IMG/VR virus record: IMGVR_UViG_3300050500_000527
Length of the DNA stretch: 64,000 nucleotides
DNA from: a virus
Taxonomy: Duplodnaviria; Heunggongvirae; Uroviricota; Caudoviricetes
Strand: one strand, 5' to 3'
The position numbers and the translations under genes are program-made. The notes under the pieces are model-generated. The model was not told where the DNA came from. It saw only the letters and a list, made by a program, of their open reading frames with translations, and ran no database searches. Of the stretch, positions 1 through 8,760 are shown piece after piece; the first letter of the stretch is position 1, and every line of letters starts with the position of its first letter.

Positions 1-160
1 GCTGCAATATCCCGGAGGCGAGTGTGTGCTTCCGGATGGCACTGCTCACAATGCGCAAGGTGCGTTCGGTTCAGTTTATGCACTGCCGAGCGCAGCGGGA
101 AGGCGAATAATCAGAGCGGCGCCGCGATGCTTGGCGCAAAGCTAGAGCAACATGCAATAA

Positions 161-1567
161 ATGGGGACCACAATGGCACAGCACTCCTCTAAGCTGATGG
201 AAGCCGTAACGCGGCTGGGCGAAAGCAACAACATTCGCAGCGAATGCGCAATGGGCCGCATGGAGTTGCCCAGGGAGGCGACCGTGTTGGAGCCGGTGCT
301 GCCGCGCTACACGCCGGAGCAGGCGACGCTGACGCCCGATCATGCTTCAGACCTGTTAGCAGGCGTGGACTATTCTCGCTCGGAGGAGCGCATCAGGGAA
401 TGGCTGGCGGGTGGGAAGAATGCCAAGGCAGCTATCCGGGCTGAATTCCGCCAGAAGCTGGTCCGCAACGACTTCACCTCTACCTATGAACGTGCCGTGG
501 CTGATGGCCTGGTTGAGGCCGATCCGAATGTGGGGCCTTCGATCGGCGCGATCGCCGAGGCGATGCTGCGCGCCTATTCTCGCAATCCACGGGCTCGATT
601 GGAGGACTGCAAGACGAAAGACTGGACAAACGCAGCTAGCGCTTATGCGAGTTATCCCAAAGGCGTGGCGCGGGACGTCGATGCAATGGCGAAGGTAGTC
701 TTAGCGGCTCGATGCGCGCCGCTCGACGTCCCCCTGCCATGGAGCAGCGTGAGCGATACAGCAAGGCAAGACTATCGGGCCGCCGCGCGCGCCGCTTATA
801 ATGTGTTGCACCGTCGCGTGCCACAGGCCGCTCCGAGCTCGGTGCCCTCTGACAGCACGGCGCCGCAGGAGCACATTGAACTCGCAACTGTGATAATGCA
901 GGCGTGGCGTGGCAGTCCTAGCCGCACTTGGGGTGAGTTGTTGGCCGAGGCTCAAGCCGGTTACCTTGCCGTGGCACAGCGGTTGTGCTTCTTATACCAT
1001 ACTGTGGATGGCGAGGTTATTGCCCAGGACGAGCGCCTCGCCGATGAGTTGCGCGAGGTGTTCCATGCGGTCTTCGTCGGCTCCAAGCCGCGTCCCTGGG
1101 CAGAGCTCCCCAGGCACTCCCAGCAGCGCTGGCTGCGGGCACTGCGCGCAGGCCGCCATTGGCTGGCGAACCGCATATCGGCTGACCTTGAGGTTATGGC
1201 TGGCGTGGCGATTGTGCCCAAGCCGGGCGGAGTTGAGCGTGTCAATCTCAACAACAAGGCGCAGGATGCATCCGACATCGTCCTGGAAGTCGCCCAGGTG
1301 CTGCGCGGCAATACGGGCAACCCCCTTACCCGTGATTGGGAAGAGCTCGCCCCTGAGCTACGGGCGGCTTGGCAAAAGGCCGCGGTCTATCTCTACCAGT
1401 TGTGCGCCGTGTATAATCCGGAAGACCTACCCGAATGGCTGCTGCAGGATTGCTGCGCTGCCTTTATGGGGCATGACAACGCCTGGACCGACGCTCATAT
1501 CCCCCTCTGGCGCTCGGGCGTAAAGGCGGCATTGCGGCGGCTGTATAAGCTCCGGGCACAAGCGTAG
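161..1567 (+). CDS. hypothetical protein (468 aa)
   Basis: Long ORF with GC-rich third codon positions; no motif recognised. First gene of a co-directional plus-strand block. Confidence 0.45.
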   Translation: MGTTMAQHSSKLMEAVTRLGESNNIRSECAMGRMELPREATVLEPVLPRYTPEQATLTPDHASDLLAGVDYSRSEERIREWLAGGKNAKAAIRAEFRQKLVRNDFTSTYERAVADGLVEADPNVGPSIGAIAEAMLRAYSRNPRARLEDCKTKDWTNAASAYASYPKGVARDVDAMAKVVLAARCAPLDVPLPWSSVSDTARQDYRAAARAAYNVLHRRVPQAAPSSVPSDSTAPQEHIELATVIMQAWRGSPSRTWGELLAEAQAGYLAVAQRLCFLYHTVDGEVIAQDERLADELREVFHAVFVGSKPRPWAELPRHSQQRWLRALRAGRHWLANRISADLEVMAGVAIVPKPGGVERVNLNNKAQDASDIVLEVAQVLRGNTGNPLTRDWEELAPELRAAWQKAAVYLYQLCAVYNPEDLPEWLLQDCCAAFMGHDNAWTDAHIPLWRSGVKAALRRLYKLRAQA

Positions 1568-1611
1568 CCGTGAGCCGCTACGCCGGAGTGCAATGCGAAG
1601 GAGCCTAGGCC

Positions 1612-2034
1612 GTGACATTCGAATACACCCCGGAACAACAGACCCTCATCTCTGCAACGGAAGTGACGGCGCTCGGGATGATGGGCACTTTCCGCCCAGA
1701 CCCGGCGCTCGCGGAGCGCTACAAGAATCTGTTCGCTTCAATGTTGCTACCGCATATGCGCGTAGAGCGGTTCTCGGCCTGGGTGGGTTTTAGCCAGGGC
1801 AACACTTCGGAATTCTCTCAGTCTTTCAGTTACCTGGTGCATATTCGCCTACCGGACAGCACCGAGCGCCGCACCTATGAGCGCGTACACATATTCACCC
1901 ATCGCACCTTCTCCCAACGCTCCATCCTGAGCACAATCGCCGAGCTCGCCTGGGGCCTTAACGTCTGGACCACGAAGTTTCCCGTTGAGGAACTCCGGCG
2001 CTGCACTCGGCCACTCGAGGAGGCCCCGGCCTAG
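1612..2034 (+). CDS. hypothetical protein (140 aa), probable GTG start
   Basis: AAGGAG ribosome-binding site 8 nt upstream of GTG at 1612; tightly packed after the previous gene. Confidence 0.4.
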   Translation: MTFEYTPEQQTLISATEVTALGMMGTFRPDPALAERYKNLFASMLLPHMRVERFSAWVGFSQGNTSEFSQSFSYLVHIRLPDSTERRTYERVHIFTHRTFSQRSILSTIAELAWGLNVWTTKFPVEELRRCTRPLEEAPA

Positions 2035-2036
2035 CC

Positions 2037-2357
2037 ATGCCCTACGCCGACCGTCCTGGCCCGCCCGTCACCTACCATTACGACGAGAGCCCAGAAGCCC
2101 TGGCCAAGTTGGACGCGGCCGTGCTGTACAGGCTCTGGGAGCTCTGCAACGCCCTGGGCACGGATACAGTCGGCCATTCCGCTCTGGCGGGCCGCCTCCG
2201 AGATTATTGCACGATATACCGGCTTGTGCGTTCGCTTGAGCGCTTGTGCCAGGCTGGGCGCATCACGAGCGATGGTGATATCCTGAGTCCTGTGGGAAGA
2301 AAGAAGCGCACCTATACCTTAATCGAATGGGGAGAATTACCCCCTAAAGCCTTATAA
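2037..2357 (+). CDS. hypothetical protein (106 aa)
   Basis: ATG 2 nt after the previous stop; followed by an AT-rich 100-bp intergenic region. Confidence 0.4.
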   Translation: MPYADRPGPPVTYHYDESPEALAKLDAAVLYRLWELCNALGTDTVGHSALAGRLRDYCTIYRLVRSLERLCQAGRITSDGDILSPVGRKKRTYTLIEWGELPPKAL

Positions 2358-2460
2358 TTATTCAACTAGTAGGCTAAATGTCTCGACACTACCTAGGGTT
2401 TAATAACTTATAGGTTATACGTCCAGCCCAGGGAGAAACCGTGCAACGCTCCTGTTTTAC

Positions 2461-2709
2461 ATGGTGCAACACATGACACGCAATCCTCGCCTGGCCACTC
2501 TTTCTAACCTCTACCGCACTGCCAATCCATTGCAACGTCAGTCAGCCCTGAAACGCGCTATGAGAGAGTTCGCGGCGCTGCGGGGCTATATAACGGTGGG
2601 GGAATATCAAGCTGCAGTAAAGCTCCGCACTTACGCAATCTTGGTGGAAGATGACACCGCACGGCGCAATCGAAGATATCGGGCGGATCCGGAAAGCCCT
2701 CGGCTCTAA
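2461..2709 (+). CDS. hypothetical small protein (82 aa)
   Basis: ORF directly after the AT-rich region 2358-2460; overlaps the next gene by 59 nt. Confidence 0.3.
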   Translation: MVQHMTRNPRLATLSNLYRTANPLQRQSALKRAMREFAALRGYITVGEYQAAVKLRTYAILVEDDTARRNRRYRADPESPRL

Positions 2710-3499
2710 TCTGGCAAAAGTGTTCGACGTTAATCTCCTGGAGAACGTCGAACGACTTCTGCCGATGGCCGCGCACTTCGATTATGGCAAGACAGACTTC
2801 GATGTCACCCATACCGAGTTTGGCCAAGACCTGTTTAAGCGCGGCTTGTTCCGGCTGCCGTTCGACGTAGTGTTCTTCACTTCTAACATGATGCCGCGTT
2901 CCGCCATTTTGGCCACGCAGCGCGTTGCCCAGGCGCCCGAGTTGGGCGAAGAACAACTGTTCTTATTTACCTTCGGCCCGACAATGTTAGGTGACGACCC
3001 CGCCGACTGTGTTGAGCTCGAGGGCCTCCCGCTGATGGCCGCGGGCATTGATAGTAACCACCAGGTTCGTTGGAAGTGCTTGACCTCGGAAGGCTACCAT
3101 CGCCGCCGTACTACGGGTGAGATGTACAAGGATAAAGACTTCGAGGAGTCCGTGGACAAAGCGGTCAACTTTCTGCTCGGTGCAACGGCGCTGCTCATGA
3201 GCAAGGAGGTGGTCACGGAGCATATTCCGGCGCCGGACAAGCTCAATAAGCGCCGCGCCCAGAAAGGTAAGCCGCCGCTCGTTGACCGGCACGTCGTTCG
3301 CCTCAATCCAGCGGCGCATCGTACCCTGGGCACGGGCACTCCTATAGACGGCCGCGCCTCGCCCCGTATGCACTGGCGCCGCGGGCATTTCCGCCATATC
3401 CGCGAAGACCTTATCCTCCCCATCCCGCCGACTATCGTAAATGCCCAGGAAGGCGTCACCCCGCGGCTCAAGACCTACCTACTAAGCGGGGCAAAATGA
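2651..3499 (+). CDS. hypothetical protein (282 aa)
   Basis: Long ORF in the codon-biased frame; start uncertain (alternative ATG at 2762). Confidence 0.4.
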   Translation: MTPHGAIEDIGRIRKALGSNLAKVFDVNLLENVERLLPMAAHFDYGKTDFDVTHTEFGQDLFKRGLFRLPFDVVFFTSNMMPRSAILATQRVAQAPELGEEQLFLFTFGPTMLGDDPADCVELEGLPLMAAGIDSNHQVRWKCLTSEGYHRRRTTGEMYKDKDFEESVDKAVNFLLGATALLMSKEVVTEHIPAPDKLNKRRAQKGKPPLVDRHVVRLNPAAHRTLGTGTPIDGRASPRMHWRRGHFRHIREDLILPIPPTIVNAQEGVTPRLKTYLLSGAK

Positions 3500-3864
3500 A
3501 CGTCTACCGGGTAGAGCGCCCGGACGGCGCCGGGCCATATCGTATCCCTACGCCCATGGGGTCCACTTCTATCCGGGTGTACTTGCACCCGGACGGTTAT
3601 GACAATCGCCGCCACCCAATGTGCCCCTTAGCTGCGACTAGGGTTGTTTACCCCGGCAGCCCTTGGATATATGGCTTCCCTAGCCGCACCGCTTACCGCA
3701 GGTGGTACGCTACGCCCTGGGAGCGGGGCGTGCTCGCCGCGTTCGGCTTTACCCTCGCCACCTATTCCGTGCCGCATCAGTACTACGACCGCATTGTGCC
3801 GGAGCAATGCGTGTTCCACCGAAAATATGCGGTGCTCGTTCGCCGCCAGGAGATTCGTATATGA
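3496..3864 (+). CDS. hypothetical protein (122 aa)
   Basis: ATGA start/stop overlap with the upstream gene at 3496-3499. Confidence 0.4.
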   Translation: MNVYRVERPDGAGPYRIPTPMGSTSIRVYLHPDGYDNRRHPMCPLAATRVVYPGSPWIYGFPSRTAYRRWYATPWERGVLAAFGFTLATYSVPHQYYDRIVPEQCVFHRKYAVLVRRQEIRI

Positions 3865-4325
3865 AGCCGACCCGCCGTTCCTTCCTAAAAGTCCTCGGCG
3901 CCGCGCCGCTGGCCGCGAATGCCGCGCGCACTAAAGTCATGGAACTCGTTGGGGCTCAATCTATCGGCGCTGGGGCCGAGGTCGTTAACATGGGCATGAC
4001 TTCGCCCGGTCCTTATTCGCGGCCCGAGCCCGCAAGCCCCGTTGGTTACAACAATGAACCTTACAAAGTCGGCCGCCGCTTGGTCGCGTGGATCAAGCAG
4101 GTCGGCTGGCCAGAATGGCGGAAGCACGAGGTGCGCCTCATAGCGCGTCAGGGGCGGTTGATAGACCCGGACCTCGCCGCCCTACGGTCTATCTCGCCTT
4201 CAGCGATGTTGCGCCTGCAGTGGGCTCGGAACGAGGCGCGCGCCTATGAAGGCATCCTGGGCAATATTGCTCGGGAGGAAGAGCGCAGCGAATGGCATGA
4301 GAAGAATCGCGTAGGGTGGTTCTAG
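3862..4325 (+). CDS. secreted protein with twin-arginine (Tat) signal peptide (154 aa)
   Basis: N-terminus MKPTRRSFLKVLGAAPLAANAA matches the Tat motif S/T-R-R-x-F-L-K plus a hydrophobic stretch and an A-x-A cleavage site. ATGA overlap with the upstream gene. Confidence 0.5.
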
Positions 4326-4347
4326 CGGCGCGCGCCCTCGCCTTACC

Positions 4348-4397
4348 TAGTGGGGGAGCTTACACTGAGGAGCATCAAGTTGCGCTGCTCCTCCCCC
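4348..4397. terminator. GC-rich inverted repeat TAGTGGGGGAGC...GCTCCTCCCCCACTA between convergent genes (candidate bidirectional terminator or repeat element)
   Basis: 12/15-bp arms around a roughly 22-nt loop that contains a second nested repeat GAGGAGCA/TGCTCCTC. Core TAGTGGGGG recurs at 6909-6953. Confidence 0.45.
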
Positions 4398-4411
4398 ACT
4401 AACCGCTAAAC

Positions 4412-5002
4412 TTATTTCGCCACCTCCGAATAAAACCGCGAAGAGCTTACCGGGTTATCTCCGACCTCGACGCTAGCCTGGGCGAGCAGGTCATGCACCC
4501 GCCGTACCAGGCTAGCGTCGCCGTGGCGCAACACCTCCAGCTGGGCGAGCTTTTCCGGCACGTAAATGGCGGCGAAAGGCAGGTCGTTGGCCACGATGGA
4601 AGGCACGTTGTCCAGGATGTCAGCGAGCTTAATGGTGGCGCCCGCGGGGGAACACTTCGTGATGTGGGCGAGGTCAATGGCCGCTCGCGCTTTGCGATTG
4701 CCGTCCTTGGGCTGGGCGACGTTCGTTACCTGATCCACAAGCGCGGAAACGTCGGCGCCAAACTTCCGAGTGAGTTCGCCCAGGCTGACACCGCAGTCCT
4801 CGACTACGTCGTGCAACACGCCCGCGATGAGCACGGCGTAAGGCATCCCCCGCATCGCCAGGGTGTGGCTAACGCGCAGCGGATGCAGGATGTAGGGCTC
4901 GCCAATATGCTTCCGAACCTGGCCCGCATGCGCCTCAGTGGCGAAGATCACTGCGGCGAGCAGGTCGCTCTCGCTCAGCGGATGGGTGGGGTAATGGGTC
5001 AT
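4412..5002 (-). CDS. HD-domain (p)ppGpp/(p)ppApp hydrolase, small alarmone hydrolase (SpoT/Mesh1-like)
   Basis: Motif AHAGQVRKHIGEPYILHPLRVS...VLHDVVEDCG is the canonical RelA/SpoT HD hydrolase signature (H...HP...HD...ED). 196 aa, the size of stand-alone small alarmone hydrolases. Start ATG overlaps the upstream stop (ATGA). Confidence 0.7.
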   Translation of the reverse strand: MTHYPTHPLSESDLLAAVIFATEAHAGQVRKHIGEPYILHPLRVSHTLAMRGMPYAVLIAGVLHDVVEDCGVSLGELTRKFGADVSALVDQVTNVAQPKDGNRKARAAIDLAHITKCSPAGATIKLADILDNVPSIVANDLPFAAIYVPEKLAQLEVLRHGDASLVRRVHDLLAQASVEVGDNPVSSSRFYSEVAK

Positions 5003-5211
5003 TTGGCGTTCTCCTTGGGTGGTGGTGGGGCAATCATGATGTAGTGCGCGAGCAGCAGCTTGATCAGTTCTTCGAGCTGTGGGGCGTTGAATTCGATCCA
5101 TTGGCCCGGTACGTCGTTGAGGTGCATCTGCACCCGAATAACGTTGCGCTCCGTGACGTGCTCGGCTGAGATGGAGTTGATTGGGCTGGGCGTGACTTCT
5201 TCGCAGGCCAT
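4999..5211 (-). CDS. small protein (70 aa) translationally coupled to the HD hydrolase
   Basis: GGAGG ribosome-binding site 6 nt upstream of ATG at 5211; stop TGA overlaps the hydrolase ATG. Confidence 0.45.
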   Translation of the reverse strand: MACEEVTPSPINSISAEHVTERNVIRVQMHLNDVPGQWIEFNAPQLEELIKLLLAHYIMIAPPPPKENAK

Positions 5212-5357
5212 TGGCCCCTCCTAATGCCTCAGCGCCGCTTATTGGGCTGCGCTGAGGACTTGGGCTAACCGCATCTAGAGGCGGTTTAGGTGGGGGACCG
5301 CCGTGCCGAAGCAGAGCCCACAGGCTATCCCCTCAATTTCGGTCACTCGGGGAACGG

Positions 5358-5810
5358 CTAGACGTCTAATCCGTGGGGAGAAGTACCTGGCGCGCATTTC
5401 TCCCAGCTCTCCCGGACTGAAAAAGTGCCTGTATCGCGCAAATTGGTCAGCAGGTCGATGACAATCGCCTTTTGCTGCACGCGGGTCAGCACAGTATCAA
5501 ATGCGACAAGATGATCGCGATTGTTGCTTGCATATTCCTTACGAAATAAGAACAAGGCGTGGCGTTGCTCGTTGTTCAGGCCGAGGTCGAGCGCGGCTTG
5601 TGTCAAATCTTCGGGTGGGCGGCCTTGGAGTTTATTCGCCCAGCCTGCCATGCAGTAAGCCGTGCCGCAAGGTTCATCTGCCCTGGGCGTAAAGCGGATA
5701 TACATCTCGGGGCTGATCTCGTGCTTATATTCGCTCATGCGCAGCAAACCTTCCGGTGCAGAAATCGCTGCAATCATAGCGTTGATTAGGTTGACTTTAT
5801 TGAGCAGCAC
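5358..5810 (-). CDS. hypothetical protein (150 aa; start may be internal at 5777 or 5738)
   Basis: ORF in the codon-biased frame; contains PCGTAYCMAGWA; no family recognised. Confidence 0.35.
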   Translation of the reverse strand: MLLNKVNLINAMIAAISAPEGLLRMSEYKHEISPEMYIRFTPRADEPCGTAYCMAGWANKLQGRPPEDLTQAALDLGLNNEQRHALFLFRKEYASNNRDHLVAFDTVLTRVQQKAIVIDLLTNLRDTGTFSVRESWEKCAPGTSPHGLDV

Positions 5811-6015
5811 GGATTCCCTCCTCGATCATAGAAGCCGTATTGGCCATCTGTTTAAGCCGCTCGGAGCGCAACTTCGATAAGCGCCGATCCAACTCACGGG
5901 CGGCGGCGAGGTCTTCTTCGTGGGTCATTCGTCCGCCCAGGGCTTTCAGTATGAGCAGCAGGTCTTCGTTCTCGATATCAATCGTCCAGACCAGGCGGCT
6001 CTTAAGGTCAGGCAT
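5797..6015 (-). CDS. hypothetical small helical protein (72 aa)
   Basis: Charged, coiled-coil-like sequence; immediately downstream of the intrinsic terminator at 6040-6075, so it probably has its own promoter. Confidence 0.35.
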   Translation of the reverse strand: MPDLKSRLVWTIDIENEDLLLILKALGGRMTHEEDLAAARELDRRLSKLRSERLKQMANTASMIEEGIRAAQ

Positions 6016-6039
6016 CTATTTCCCCTCCTGTTGGGGCTC

Positions 6040-6075
6040 AAAATAAAAGTGGCCGCCGAAGCAGCCACTCAATAA
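6040..6075 (-). terminator. rho-independent terminator (minus strand)
   Basis: Minus-strand reading: AGTGGC-tgcttcggcg-GCCACT followed by TTTATTTT, directly after the stop of gene 6091-6414. Confidence 0.55.
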
Positions 6076-6090
6076 AACCGTATCGCATCC

Positions 6091-6414
6091 TTACGCGAAA
6101 TGCTCGACAACGCATTGCACGGGAACTACGCAATGCAGCTTCAATACTGGGACGCGCCGAGCGCCGTTATACCGCCAGCTCATATAGCTGACCTTGAGGT
6201 GGCTATGGATATGCGCTTCTACCACGGCCCGGAAGCGTTCACCATTTAGCCGAATCGTGATGCGGCGCGGCGTCGCCCAGTACAAGAAGCCGTCGTTGGC
6301 GGCGTTAAGCTCTTCGATACGGTTATAGGCTGCGTCGTCGCTAACCCGCTCAACAGCTCGGCCGTTAAATCCGTTGCCTACCAGCGCCCGCATAATGTTC
6401 ATCATAGCGCCCAC
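6091..6414 (-). CDS. hypothetical protein (107 aa)
   Basis: Start ATGATG preceded by AAGGGTGG, 11 nt after the stop of the upstream 98-aa gene. Confidence 0.4.
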   Translation of the reverse strand: MGAMMNIMRALVGNGFNGRAVERVSDDAAYNRIEELNAANDGFLYWATPRRITIRLNGERFRAVVEAHIHSHLKVSYMSWRYNGARRVPVLKLHCVVPVQCVVEHFA

Positions 6415-6416
6415 CC

Positions 6417-6695
6417 TTAGTACGAAGAAGCGTTGTTGATCAGATCTTCGTGGAACAGGTTAAACAAGAAGGCTTCCTGCTCCAGGTCGCGGACTTCAAA
6501 ATTAACGAACTTGCCATTTGTGTCTATGATAATGCGGTCTTCGGGAGACTCATAACAATCGAAGGCCGGGTAGAAATCAAGGGCCGGGCCATTTTCTACG
6601 CCGCCGCACTCTTCATAAACCGCGTCGAAATGCTGGTGGGCATAGCCCAGTTCGATCAGGTTGGCGTGAACGCCGAGGTTCAGGATATCGTTCAT
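6417..6695 (-). CDS. hypothetical protein (about 92 aa; start MNDILNL)
   Basis: AAGGGGAGAG ribosome-binding site upstream of ATG at 6695; first gene downstream of promoter copy C. Confidence 0.4.
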   Translation of the reverse strand: MNDILNLGVHANLIELGYAHQHFDAVYEECGGVENGPALDFYPAFDCYESPEDRIIIDTNGKFVNFEVRDLEQEAFLFNLFHEDLINNASSY

Positions 6696-6721
6696 TGCTT
6701 CTCTCCCCTTCACTGCAACAA

Positions 6722-6752
6722 ACCTATACCAACACCCCGCAGAAGTAAAGCC
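6722..6752 (-). promoter_or_regulatory. promoter copy C: GGCTTTACTTCTGCGG-N8-TATAGG (half-palindrome version)
   Basis: The 16-mer GGCTTTACTTCTGCGG is identical to the one at 27074 and drives the minus-strand cassette 6695 down to 4412. -35-like TTTACT and -10-like TATAGG are present. Confidence 0.45.
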
Positions 6753-6908
6753 TTAAAAGAGCACAGCGCGTGGCAAATCGCTAGGCTATAGTGGCCGGGC
6801 CGGGAGTTCTTTAAGCTCCGTTTCTCTTCACCTAGGGGTCACCACCTTCGGTTGGAGCTTTCCTCGTCGCTGCTCCCGGCAGCAGACCTTTGACGCATAG
6901 ACGGCACG

Positions 6909-6953
6909 CCCCCACTAAGCCTAGGCCACCCTGCGCCGAAAGCTTAGTGGGGG
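6909..6953. repeat. perfect 12-bp inverted repeat CCCCCACTAAGC/GCTTAGTGGGGG with 21-nt spacer
   Basis: Seen directly in the sequence; shares the TAGTGGGGG core with the 4348-4397 hairpin. Lies in the divergent intergenic region. Confidence 0.5.
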
Positions 6954-7081
6954 TTCTTGCATGTACAGGGTAAGTGTACGTGAAGATGCCCAGCCGGTTA
7001 GCAGCTGGGCTTTAGTTCGTCATTTACCAACGAACACGGTTGAACATACTTGCACTGCTCAACAGGAGGCTAGCTTACATC

Positions 7082-7357
7082 ATGACACGGACGCTCGCAA
7101 TTCTTATTTCCGTAACCGCTCTTCTCGCAGCTTGCAAAGCCGAGACCGGCCGGGAGCTCTATTACCACGACTCTTCATCCCTGGCTCAGGCCAACAAGCA
7201 CCACCGCTCGGCCTCCCTCAATCGCTGGAAGGCGAATGGGGGTTGCCAGGGTGACGGCAATATGACGACCGAACAGGCATCATTCTGCTGGGGCCGCGGT
7301 AAGTCGGCCAATTCCTTCCCGCCGATCGGCGCCTCGGAAGGGGGCAGTGAAAACTAA
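7082..7357 (+). CDS. lipoprotein (91 aa)
   Basis: AGGAGG ribosome-binding site; N-terminus MTRTLAILISVTALLAAC has a lipobox (LAAC) with cysteine +1. Confidence 0.5.
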   Translation: MTRTLAILISVTALLAACKAETGRELYYHDSSSLAQANKHHRSASLNRWKANGGCQGDGNMTTEQASFCWGRGKSANSFPPIGASEGGSEN

Positions 7358-7505
7358 CTTTTCCGAGGCTGGCATTCCAGGCCTAGTTTTGGGAGAAAGA
7401 GGGCGGTAGTCACTGGGGTGGCTGCCGCCCTTTCTACATTTGGACACACCGCGCTGCCCAGGGCGCGCACTAGAGTTGCGAAATTTTAACCTTTGGGATG
7501 CATAC

Positions 7506-7880
7506 ATGGACAGTCGCCGCCTTACCATCGAAGAAGCTGATGCTCGCATCGCCGCGAAGCCGAACCGAGTGACCGTGGAGGGTATGGCGGCGCGGATCAA
7601 GGAAGTCGACTACAAGGTGTACGGCAAGTTGACCATTTGCTTTATTACCATGATCAACGATTTTACTGTAACTGGGGAGAATGCCTGCGTGGATCCGGCG
7701 AATTTCGACGCTGAGGTCGGCCGGACTTATGCATATCAGAATGCCTTCGAGAAGCTCTGGCCGCTCGAGGGTTACTTGCTTGCAGAGCAGCGTTACGCCT
7801 ATAAACTCATTGAGGCTACTAGGAACGACCCCCAATGTTCAACCCCACGAAGTTTCCCTTCTTCCGAGTCGATCATCTAA
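7506..7880 (+). CDS. N4 Gp49 / Sf6 gp66-like phage protein (about 124 aa)
   Basis: Segment LTICFITMINDFTVTGENACVDPANFDAEVGRTYAYQNAFEKLWPLEGYLL resembles the conserved core of the Gp49 family (PF13876) as remembered. Start uncertain (TTG at 7440 is an alternative). Confidence 0.4.
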   Translation: MDSRRLTIEEADARIAAKPNRVTVEGMAARIKEVDYKVYGKLTICFITMINDFTVTGENACVDPANFDAEVGRTYAYQNAFEKLWPLEGYLLAEQRYAYKLIEATRNDPQCSTPRSFPSSESII

Positions 7881-8401
7881 TCGCGGGCTTTATCTATTTC
7901 CTCTTCGCCATAGCGGCCGTGCTGGTCGCCTGGGCCGGGCCGGTCGGCGCTCAGGGTATGAAAGATCCGCCCAGCTGGAAGCGCCCAGTCGGCTACGGCA
8001 TCTCCGTGCCCGATGAATTTGTAGCGCGCCCGCGGCTCCCGTGGCGCATGCCGCTGCCCGATAAGAACACCGTTCGGAAGCTGGGACCTGTAGACTCAGC
8101 TTTCCGTTATGAGCGGCGCGTGCTGTTAGTGAAATGCGCTGCCTTCTACGTCATCTTCGGGCGTAACTCCACGACGGGCGACGCCGAAACCCTAAAGCAA
8201 CTCAGCATCGCCGCGTTACGCGAGGCCAATCGCCTCGCCCCAACCCCGGCACAAAGGGAGGCGGAAAAGGACGAGAGCTATTTCATGGCAGTCTACGAGG
8301 ATTACGTGATGAGCGTGGAACGCGGCACGGACCTCTACGATCAATATGGCGAAACATGCAACGCAGTGGTGCGGCCACTGTTGCAAATCGGAGCGGACTA
8401 G
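7835..8401 (+). CDS. membrane-anchored hypothetical protein (188 aa)
   Basis: N-terminal hydrophobic helix LIAGFIYFLFAIAAVLVAWAG; overlaps the previous gene by 46 nt. Confidence 0.35.
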   Translation: MFNPTKFPFFRVDHLIAGFIYFLFAIAAVLVAWAGPVGAQGMKDPPSWKRPVGYGISVPDEFVARPRLPWRMPLPDKNTVRKLGPVDSAFRYERRVLLVKCAAFYVIFGRNSTTGDAETLKQLSIAALREANRLAPTPAQREAEKDESYFMAVYEDYVMSVERGTDLYDQYGETCNAVVRPLLQIGAD

Positions 8402-8760
8402 TGAAAGAGAAGCGCTTCCATTGCCCAGCCTGCGCAGAAGAGGGCATCGTTCGGAAATTCAGCACGAACGGTGCCCTAGAGATGCACAAGAGTACCGTCC
8501 ACCCACCGGCCCGGCCGACTCTGGCCCCGATTAGCCCGGCACGGGTAACGACGACGCGTGAGGAGCAATTGCGTAAGGCTGGCGAGTTTAATGCAGCCTA
8601 CCACGTTACCAAGAATGCGGGGAAGCGCCGGTCAGTGCTGTGGCCAATCGGCTTCCTGGCGCTGGCCGCGGCGACGGTGGCCCTGGTTATTTACAGCGGC
8701 ACTATTCGAGAAGAATGGGGCTATTGGCTGGCGGGCGACCCCACGGCGACGCATCAATGA
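8401..8760 (+). CDS. zinc-finger-like protein with C-terminal transmembrane helix (119 aa, GTG start)
   Basis: GGAGCGG ribosome-binding site before GTG; HCPACAEEG...H...H resembles a C2H2-like zinc knuckle; hydrophobic C-terminus. Confidence 0.4.
   Translation: MKEKRFHCPACAEEGIVRKFSTNGALEMHKSTVHPPARPTLAPISPARVTTTREEQLRKAGEFNAAYHVTKNAGKRRSVLWPIGFLALAAATVALVIYSGTIREEWGYWLAGDPTATHQ

Noticed and set aside
71-343. 90-aa minus-strand ORF at the window start
   Set aside because: Arginine-rich shadow of the 161-1567 gene. Nothing else in the first 4.3 kb is coded on the minus strand.
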